From Saccostrea echinata (lineage: Eukaryota): a DNA stretch of 64,000 nucleotides. Location of the stretch: positions 5,952,001-6,016,000 of the forward strand of contig NW_026889782.1 of the NCBI RefSeq assembly GCF_033153115.1, given 5' to 3'. Every line of letters begins with the position of its first letter. Within the stretch, counting starts at the first letter, position 1. Below, one piece after another: positions 1-10,400 of this stretch. Made by a program: the position numbers and the translations under genes. The notes beneath the pieces were generated by a model that did no database searches, was not told where the DNA came from, and saw only the letters and a program-made list of their open reading frames with translations.

Positions 1-605
1 TAAATTAGCAAGAAAGCATGCACATGTGTTCTGATTGTCTGACACAAAAAATCTCAATAACCTTCTTGTTTTTTGTCATAATACTTTGAAATTTAAAACG
101 TACTCATACATAAGGAGGTTCCAAATTAAGATGTATATGAGATATCATGAAAAATTGTGTGCATGCACGTGTGCTGCAATTTGATTGGTTTAAACTTTAA
201 ATGGCTGTAACTTTCTTAGTTTTCAACAAAACAGGATAAAATTTCGAAGATAGGTAGGTATAATGGGTTCCTATAGGTGATGCTATCAAAATTGAATGCT
301 AAGAACGTCCATGAACTTGTGCTGAATTCTAATTGACTAATACTTATATGGCTGTATCTCTCATAGTTTTTAATGAAAATGTTTGAGATTTCTTACATAG
401 TATTTATTATGAGTCTTGGGGAAGACATGAGAAATATCTGGAAAACAAGGGTATGAGTGAGCTATGAAATCTGATTGGTTAATACTCAAAAGACTATATC
501 GGGTGTTATTTCTTGATTAAATATTTCTGAAAATAAGATGTAGATTTATTACACAAAGAATTGCCTAATTTAATAAAGGGGCCCATAAGGGAGTGAGGGA
601 GGGTG
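1..605 (+). mobile_element. Degenerate, 3'-truncated remnant of a HINE family, related to the element at 50845-52475
   Basis: Repeated motifs 'gcatgcacatgtg', 'ctgattggtt' and 'ttgattggtt' are reverse complements of motifs at 51780-52140. 'ggggcccataagggagtgagggagg' (578-602) resembles the subterminal part of that element. Confidence 0.55.
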
Positions 606-1663
606 TACTGGTAAGTCTAAGTGCTACCTTTCTCTACCTTTTTTAATTTACTTAAAACCAGTAGAGCTACTGTCTCATCAAAGACTTCTGGATTGAGGGT
701 GCTCTTATACATTTAGGTTTATTGAACCCTGTAATCTTTATTTCTAGTTGCCTGAAGGAGTAATGCTTTCCATGTAGGTGGTAATTATTTTGTTGCTGTT
801 GTTTTCTGAGCTTCATTACCAATTTGACATTAAAAATCATTATGCATTGTTTTGTACTGAACAGAAAAATAGGAAAAATAATTCTTCCTAAATCTAAAGG
901 TGAGGTATTTGCAAGAATGTATAGTATGATCAATGATGATAGCTACTTTCAATGTTGCTATTATATATATATATATCATGATGGTAAATTTGTCTAGAGA
1001 GCTTTGCTGATTAAGAATTGAATTAAATGTTGTTTGTTATTACAGGAGTCTGGAAAATAATAATAGGAACTTCTATATTAGCCTTTGTGTTCATATTTTT
1101 CCAAAAACTGTTGATATTATTAGTAGTACAAAGCCATTCTGTTTTAGAGAATTTATGACGTTTGAAAATGTTACATAGTACTTAAAATATTTCTAGCATA
1201 GTAATCTTGTATATAATATTTGATTTAATCTGATTTCACTTAATTTTTATTCCCCGCCATGAATTTAGCCATGGCATCGGGGCTCGACATTAACACTTGT
1301 CCAGTACCAGTGGAAAAAAAATTGAGGACAAGTGAATATTGCTGGGCACTTTTTTGATTGGACAAGGGCTTTTATATTTAAAGAAGTAATTCAAATAATA
1401 AAAAGAACGACTGGTGAATTGTTTATCTGTAGTTCAAAGATGGAAGCAGTGCATGAAAAAAAAAATTGTATCCCGATCAATCTCTATATAATTGAGTCAC
1501 ACTCAATCGGGATCAAAGTTCACTAATTGCGTACTACTTTCAATTTTAAATTGCAAAGGGAAAAGGCATGAATCTTAGGAAGTTTTGATTCTCCAGATCC
1601 AGCACAATTTCACTTGTGTTCATTTTTGTTGTTGACAGAAAGTCTAGATAAAATTTTGTTTTA

Positions 1664-2094
1664 GGCCAAAAAAAATTATGTTTGTTTCCTGTAACATTCC
1701 TAAAAAATCAAGGGTTGGTCAGGATTTTTTTTTTTATTATTATTTTTTTATTTTTTGGCTAATGAATAATAGGGTCAAACATCCCCAGACTCAATTAACC
1801 AGGTGCGATATTTACAGCGGACACCCAGCATGGCGGTAGAAAACGACTTCTAAAAGTTGTGGGGGAAATGCTTGATGTTACAATAATGATTACTCTTTAT
1901 ATTTAAGATAAATGTTGACTAGGTTGGCATGTTTTTTTTTTTTTTTTATCTCAAATAAAGTTACAATTTAATTTTTTGTATATAATGAAGTGGCTGATTG
2001 ATCAAACGCAGATTTTGCTGAGAAAAAAAATCCACCTGGGGGTAATTGGTATGGGTCGGTCGGGTTACAGGAAACAAATGATTTTTTTTAGGCC
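1664..2094. mobile_element. MITE, PIF/Harbinger-like
   Basis: Terminal inverted repeats 'ggccaaaaaaaaattatgtttgtttcctgtaac' / 'gttacaggaaacaaatgattttttttaggcc'. Flanks are tta / ttt (imperfect 3-bp TWA-type TSD). Confidence 0.7.
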
Positions 2095-2199
2095 TTTTGT
2101 TTTTTGTAATTATCAGTAACATCACAAATGAATCAAGCATAATGGACTTTTTAAAAGTAATGCAGTGCTGTTGTTTTCAAGTTAACAATATTTTTTTTT

Positions 2200-2560
2200 T
2201 ACCTTGACCTTTCCTTTGACCATGACCTCACTTATCAGAAATTTGTGTTGAGCTCAGTTTTACAGAAATTATTCAAGATTTTTTTAATGAAATAGACAAA
2301 ATATTTTTATGAAACTTCATATGCTGATAAATACTGATGAGAGGTATTCAACTGCATAAACACTTTTTGACACTGACCTTGACCTCACTTATCAAAAAAT
2401 GTGTTTGGCTCAGCTTTTTAGAAACTATTCAAGATTTATTTCTTTTCATCAAACTTCATATAATGATAAATATTGATGTTAGCAGCTGTTCAACTACATC
2501 AACAGTTTTTGTCCTTGATCTTTCGTTTGACCTTGAGCACCATTTTTATCAAAATAAGTG
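2200..2560 (+). repeat. Degenerate tandem repeat (~150 bp, 2-3 copies), probably a HINE-type satellite remnant
   Basis: The block 'tgacc(a/t)tgacctcacttatca...gctcag..ttt..agaaa.tattcaagatt' occurs at ~2217 and ~2374, and partially at ~2528. Confidence 0.5.
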
Positions 2561-2655
2561 TAGTCTTGTAGATATATTGCAAGTGCCCGGGTTTTTAGAT
2601 TTCCCTGCAAATGCAGTTCAAGAACAACTCATATGTCATGGTCCAATAAACAGTA

Positions 2656-2849
2656 CTGTAAATGTATTATATATTTGGAGGAAATTGATTTTTCAGCAAG
2701 TTCGTGAAGATTTGAGTTTGTGAATTTCTGAATGTGCATAATATGAATGTATGTATAAAAGACATTTGTGATGTACTTGATTTGATGAAAGCTCCTTTCT
2801 GCCAAAGGTGTTTAAAAAGAACACACAGCCAAATATAATACGTTAACAG
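2656..2849. mobile_element. Short TA-flanked MITE (Tc1/mariner-like)
   Basis: Ends read ta|ctgtaaatgtattatatatttgg ... ccaaatataatacgttaacag|ta: imperfect TIRs with TA on both sides. Confidence 0.55.
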
Positions 2850-4127
2850 TATTTATAAGCGATTATAAACAAAATGGTGTCAATCAATAACTGATGAAGT
2901 ATTGTCAAAAGAAACCTTTTGTGAATTTTCATGTAGCATTGCAGCTAAATAGAGTAGTAGGTAAGAAAAAACTGATAAGTATTTTTATGCAAAGGATAAG
3001 CAATATGAAAATTTCAGCTAGCTTTAAGATATACACGCTATATAAATGCAATTTCTTATGTGAAACAAAATGATTAAATGAATTGAGAAACATGATGTGT
3101 AATAAAAAAATAATTACTTTCCACAAAGTTTTACTAAATAAGTTGTAATTACAAAACAATTAAGCAAGATCTGCAATTAAAAATTCAGCCTATTCATGAA
3201 TATTGATGAAGGAAGTGCGTAAGCAATATATAGACATGCATGTCCCCGGGAAATCATAGACAACTAGGTACATTGCATTTTGACTACGATTTCGAATAAA
3301 AGTTAATATCTGTCATTACAGAGTAGATGGTTAATACTGGTTGTTTTCAAAGATAAGTATCTTTAAGCATAAAACGTATGCCATCCATATCAAAGTTATT
3401 TTGTATACCAAACAGCCTACCTCGTTTTCTTGATGCCATTTTTGTTTATCAATCTAAAAGTAGCGATGGTGTCACATGATGCATGAATTTAAATAGAGGC
3501 ATTACTTTCCTAGTAGGATATTAAAGAAATAATTATAATTTGAGATCTTTATAATGCATTCATTTCCAATTGTGTAATTTACAATATTTTCGTATCTTTA
3601 TTTGGTAAACAAAATAAATAAATTTCCAACTTTATTTTTAACTGACGCAAGTTATAGCGTGTATATCTTGAAGTTGTTTTTTTTCATCTGATCACAAGAA
3701 ATGAATGCAGCTTTTGATAGGTAATTGATATTTGTGCCATTACTTTAGTACAATTTAGATGTTTTCAACTAAGTTCATTTGGAAAAAGAAAAATAGGCCC
3801 AACCTTACCTAGTGTGGCTGTAAATTTAATGAATATGTTTAAAACAGTTCCTTCTGTAGTGTATTGTATGATATCAGGTTTACTGTTATCTGTGATTAGA
3901 CAGCTTGTATATTCTATGTGTATTCAATTTCAAACTTACTATAAATGAAGTATTTTAATGTTGACCTGTTTTGTAAACACACCCCCCCCCTCCCCCCTAA
4001 TAAGTCTCCTTTGAGCACTAGTGAATTTACACGAGATGCTGATGCATTCATAATTAAATAGAATGCTGTTTTCCAGAAGATTGTTAAGCCATTAATTACA
4101 CATTAAAATAGTCTACAGATTTTTGTG

Positions 4128-4210
4128 TTTGCCCGATCATGACAAGGAGCACATGGCAGTTGTAATCGGTCGACAAAGGATGCTTACTCCTCCATGGCAC
4201 TTGACCCCAT
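4128..4210 (+). mobile_element. 3' tail fragment of a Penelope-like retroelement
   Basis: 'ccgatcatgacaaggagcacatggc...ggatgcttactcctccatggcac' is shared with many copies in the window that follow RT C-terminal coding remnants. Confidence 0.6.
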
Positions 4211-4442
4211 AAAAGCCATGGCTTTGCAATAATTTGACTGTGGTTATACTGCTCTTGAGAAAAGTTTAATTAGTTTTTCATATTAAATCTTCAACTCTAA
4301 AGGTCCACCTTAGGCCCAGGGTTATACAAGTTAATTTAGGCAGATGTATTGTTAAAAAATACATAAAGTAAGTAAATATTAGATTAAGGAATTCTGATTG
4401 AATTAAAAGAAGTTGTATATTTTTTTTTTTAGAAACCTGGTG

Positions 4443-7400
4443 ATGCCACGTAAAAGGAACTGGCGCATGGCATTGGCAAAGATGGGGAACCAGAGTCGTG
4501 CCAGCAATGACAATAGACTCGTGGATACTAGCCACGTAAAAAATAGTACAAAGGACCCAACAATTGACGTAACAGATGACGGACCTTTGAGACTCGTGGA
4601 CACTAGCCACGTAAAAAATAGTACAAAGGACCGGGGGGATACTGCCTCCTTAAAAAGAGTACTAGATTTGCCTTCGGGCGCCAGTAACATTGCAAATTTG
4701 CCTTCGGGCGCCAGTAACATTGCAAATTTGCCTTCGGGCGCCAGTAACATTGCAAATTTGCCTTCGGGCACTATGAACTCTGCAAATTTTCCTTCGGGCA
4801 CTATGAACTCTGCAAAATTGCCTTTGAGCACTATGAACTCTGCAAATTTGCCTTCGGGCACTATGAACTCTGCAAATTTGCCTTCGGGCACTGTGAACTC
4901 TGCAAATTTGTCTTCGGGCACTATGAACTCTGCAAATTTGCCTTCAGGCACTATGAACTCTGCCAATATGTCTTCTGGGTCTCTGAACTGGGATAGTTTG
5001 TCTTCCAGCGTAATAATTTCAAACACATTACAAACAAATTTCATGAACTTAGAAAATATGGCTTCTTATCTTAAGAATACTGACAATTTTTCTTTAGATA
5101 CAAAAAACACAACTGAGTGTTCCTGTTGCTCTGAACAGTCTACATACGAGTCTTTAATGGAGAAAAATTTGTCTGTGACAAGATTATTTGGGACAATAAA
5201 TCAAGCAAGTAATTTATTTCCAGCTTTTTCTAGAGGAGTTCAGTGCACATGTAATGCTTTGATGTCCATCATTTTGCAAAATGTGTCAACTTCAGCAGAA
5301 CTTGATGAGGTGCTTTTTGCTGGGGATTATTTATTTAGAGTCAGAATTGCAGAATTACAATCAACTGTTCAATTTGTTTCAAAAATGCTACAATTTCAAG
5401 AACTTCCAAAGTTTGTTAATGTGCATGACAATGAGTATGAAATATGCTATTTTGAACAGATCTATGGAACAGTGACTCATATAGATTGGGATCAGTCATG
5501 TCAAAGTAATAATTTGAAGGAAGGCATTGAGAAACTCTTTACAAGATACAATCAAGGATTAATTATAGTTGGAGGAATCTGTTCTGCAATATATATGGAT
5601 GACATGAGCTGTCCTGTATTTTTTGATTCACATTCTCATGGAAAAGATGGTCTTTCATGTGCAGATGGACAGGCTGTAAAAATCACTTTTGGAAATATTG
5701 ATCAACTTGTGGATTACATGTTTGCATTTTATCAAAGTTGTAATATTTCAATGATAAGCCAGTTTGAGATTCAACCAGTGTCTGTAACACAAAAAACAAG
5801 TGTTTCCATTTCAGGAAGTGAGAGACTTTCTTTAATTGACAAGTATTTTGAGTTTCAAGAGAACATGTCTAGAAAATGTACCATTTCTGAATCATCACAC
5901 GGAAGTAAGAATGAATATATGAGAAACTATATGCGGAAAAGGAGGGAAAACTCGCAGAAAAGAGAGAGGGACAAAGAAAGTACTTTAAGAAGTATGACCA
6001 AAGCAAGACAAAGTAAAGAATTTAAAGAGAAAGAACTGGCTTCCAAAAACAGTTTCAGAAAAAATCCTGAGACAAAGAAGCAGGACAGAGAAAGTTCTTT
6101 GGAAAGTAAAAATAAAGCAAGAAAAAGTAAAGAATTTAAAGACAAAGAACTTGCTTCCAAACAAAGGGTCAGAGAAAATCCTGAGACAAAGCTCAAGGAT
6201 AGAGAAAGTACCTTAAAATGTATGAACAAGGCAAGAAAAAGTAAAGAATTTAAAGACAAAGAACTTGTTTCCAAACAAAGGGTCAGAGAAAATCCCAAGA
6301 GAAAGCTCAAGGACAGAGAAAGTACCTTAAAATGTATGAACATGGCAAGAAAAAGTAAAGAATTTAAAGACAGAGAACTTACTTCCAAACAAAGGGTCAG
6401 AGAAAATCCTGAGACAAAGCTCAAGGACAGAGAAAGTACCTTAAAATGTATGAACAAGGCAAGACTAAATACAGTATTTTGTTTAAAAGAAAGAGAAGCA
6501 AAGAAAAAGAAGAGAGACAATGTACAGCAGCTTGAGAAGGAACGGCTTTGTAAACAGCACAGTAGAAGAAATTACAGAGAAAAAGAAAAAGAGAGTGAAA
6601 GAATTTCTAAAGCTAAAAGGAGGCTTGATGCAGAATTTACAGACCATGAAAACAAATTAATGAAGAAAAGGTGTCATGGTAATTCTTTGGAAGATTGCAT
6701 AAAGAAATTTCATGAACAAGTGAAAATTGGTCCAATTTATGTGTGTACATGTTGTCATCAGACTTGGTTTTTGAAAAGCATAGTCAATCTAAATACAACT
6801 AATCTTAATGCTAGCAGTAAAAGTATTTGTACTGGCTTAAGATCTGTGGATGGTATAGAATGGCTATGTTTAACCTGCTTATCAGCTCTAAGGGATGGGA
6901 AAATTCCAAGACTTTCAGTTAAAAATGGAATGAAATGGCCTGATAAACCAGATGCTTTGAATTTACACCCATTGGAAGAGAGGTTGATATCTCAACGCAT
7001 ACCATTTATGCAAATTAGAGAATTACCAAGAGGAGGTCAAATGTCAGTCAAAGGAAATATTGTAAATGTTCCAGTTGATATTCAGCCAACTGTAAATGCC
7101 CTTCCGCGACAAATTGATGAGCATGTGACTATAGCTGTAAAATTAAAGAAAAGATTATCTCACAAATCAGCATGCTTCACAGAAAATGTTCGTCCAAATG
7201 TGGTAATAAATGCTTTACAATGGCTTATGAAAAATAGTGAGTTGTATAAAAATTCAGGTATAGTGATAGACCATTCTTGGAGAGGTGACATTGAAAAAAG
7301 TAACGAGGAAACAGTACAAGAACTGATAGGATCTTCAAATGATAGAGATGATCGTGAATCTGAAGGAAATGATTATGGTTTTTGTGAAGTTTCTTCAGAT

Positions 7401-10400
7401 GATTGCATTCAAGGCAATTCTGATACACTTGTTGATGAAGCAGACTTTGATACAAATAAACTCTATGTGTTTGCCCCTGGAGAAAACCAAAAACCAGTAA
7501 GTTTATTTACAGATAAAGATGCAGAATATCTCTGTTTTCCGACAATATTTTGTGGTCATCGGAGAACTGAAAGTGAGGAAAGGGAAGTTCCAGTACACTA
7601 CAGTGATATTGCAAAATGGGAGTTGCGCAGTGTTGATAGACGAGCAGCACAATCTGTACCGAACATCTTTTTTAAATTGAAAAAAATTCAAATTAAGCAA
7701 GTTAGTGATAAAGTTAACTTGGCATTGAGGAGATGTAAATCAGAGGGTAAGAAAATCACTGCTGAACAAGTTTTAAATCCAGCCTCTGCAGAAAAAATTG
7801 TAAGATTAAATGAAGGGTATTATATATTCAGAACCCTTAGAAATTCTCCTGCATATCTTTCATCTAAAAAGAAGGATGTGTTTGCCATGATAAGGCAGTT
7901 GGGTCTTCCAACCTGGTTTATTTCTCTCTCATCAGCTGATACCAGATGGCAAGATCTGCTAAAAACATTGGCAACACTAGATGGAAAAACCCTGTCACAA
8001 GAAGAACTAGAGGATTTGAATTGGAATGAAAAATCAAAACTAGTTAAACAAGATCCAGTGACGTGTGCAAGATTTTTCGACAACCGAGTTCAACTCTTCA
8101 TTAATACCTTTCTGAAGAGTCCTCACAATCCTCTTGGTGTTGTTACTGATGTGTTTCGAAGAGTAGAATTCCAAAACCGAGGTTCGCCACATATTCATAT
8201 GCTGGTATGGACAAGTGATGCTCCAAAGCATAAAGAAAATAGCAATGAGGAAATTGAAGCTTATGTAGATGAATATGTCACATGTGGTTTGCAGGAAAAT
8301 AATCCTCAAATGAAGCAGCTTGTAGAGCTTCAAGTACATAAACACTCAAAGACTTGCAAGAAAGGTGGTAAATCTGTCTGCAGATTTGGATTTCCATTGC
8401 CACCTTTGCCCAAAACCATGCTTCTTGAACCCTTGGATGCTGATATTGAGCATTATAGAAAGATATATTCTGATATTCAGAAGAAAATGAATGATTACAA
8501 AGATGGTTGCAGTTTGGACTATGATTCCTTCTTAGAGACTGTTGTAGAGATGTGCGAGGATGAGTATATAAAATGTATTCGAGCTTCATTGAAAGGTCCC
8601 AAAATGTTTCTCAAGAGAAGTCCATCTGAAATGAGAGTGAATTACTATAATCCATTAGTGCTAAAGGCTTGGAATGCTAACTTAGATATTCAGTTTGTAC
8701 TTGATCCTTATGCCTGTGCCACATACATTGTTGCTTACATCAGCAAATCTCAAAGAGGAATAAGTGCAATGCTTGATAAAGCATCTCAAGAAGCTGCAGA
8801 GGGAAATATGGATCTTAAGCGTCAAGTTCGACATATTGGAAACAAGTTCCTAAACTTTGTTGAGGTCAGTGCACAAGAGGCAAGTTACTTGATCCTTCAG
8901 ATGCCACTTACACAAGCTAGTAGAGAGGTTGTTTTTATAAATACCTCACCACCTGAGGACAGAGTTTTCTTGCTCAAACATCAAGATGAACTGAATGAGT
9001 TACCAAAAGACTCAACTGATATAAAGGCAGATGGTATGATACAGAGATATGCAAGAAGACCAAAACAACTAGAAAATTGGTGTTTAGCTGATGTTGTTTC
9101 TGTTGTTTCTTTCCCAAAAGAAATGCATAAAGATGTACAGGAGGAAGTGAATGATGATAACCCAGAAGAAAATTCTCAAGAAACTTTTTTTACTGATCAG
9201 GATGTGTTAGTTCATTTAAAAAATGGGGTTAAGATCAGAAGACGAAAAAACAAACGAGTTATTAGATATGTAGGGTACAGCCAAAAGACAAATTCTGAAC
9301 AGTATTACAGAGAAAGAATTCTTCTTTTTCTGCCTTGGAGAAATGAGAATACTGACCTGCTTGGTGGTTTTCAAACTTATGAACAGCACTACAGGCAACA
9401 AGCATGTATAATACAAGTGAAGCAAAAACAGTATGAGCATTTTGTGGATGAATTAGAACAAGCTCGACTTCAAGCTGAAGAAGATCTTGATAATATGGAG
9501 ACAGTAGCACCAAATACAGAACATGCTGAGGCAGAAGATGCAGAGATAAGTTCTGAACCATCAAAGGAATTTGTTCATTTTGATCCTGATACAGTTCAAC
9601 ACAGAGATTTTGATATTGGTCCAGAACTTGGCTTGTCTTCGAAAGTATCTGAAACAGAAATGAGTGCTGTCCGCATTCCCGATGAACAGTATTATAAACT
9701 TTTGCAATCCCTGAATACAAAGCAGAGAGAATTTTACAATCATGTGACAAACTGGATTCAAATCAGAGATGAACCATTATATGCTTTTCTTACTGGTGGA
9801 GCAGGTGCAGGAAAATCGGTGGTTATTGATGCCATTTTTCAAACATTACACAGAATATTGTACTCAAAAGAAGGTGAAAACCCAGATGATATTAGAATAT
9901 TACTTTGTGCTCACACTGGAAAAGCTGCATACAACATCAAAGGGACTACTATTGCTTCAGCATTTCACAGAAAAATGTATCAAACTCAGCAGCACATGAG
10001 TGCTGATGAATTGAACTCGTTTAGGACAAAGTACCGAAATTTGTCAGTTGTGTTAATAGATGAAATTTCAATGGTAGGGAATAATATGCTGACATTCATA
10101 AATGATAGACTTCAGCAACTTACTGGTAGAAAACAAGATTTTGGCGGTATAAGTATCATAGCTGTTGGTGATTTGTATCAGTTACCACCTGTTGGAGACA
10201 AGTGGATTTTCAAAGACCTTTCTAATCCAGGTCAGAGTTTAGCAAAAAATTTGTGGCATGAGCATTTTCACATGCATGAATTAACTGAAATTATGAGACA
10301 AAAGGATGACCTCAGATTTGCAGAAATGTTGAATAGACTTCGTGAAAACAAGATGACAGATGAAGACAAAGAACTCATTACTCAACGTTTCATCAGGCAA

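Noticed and set aside
4403-5044. 213-aa minus-strand ORF
   Set aside because: Antisense shadow of the 30-bp coding repeat in RepHel.
5927-6520. 197-aa hydrophobic minus-strand ORF
   Set aside because: Antisense shadow of the purine-rich 114-bp repeat, not a membrane protein.
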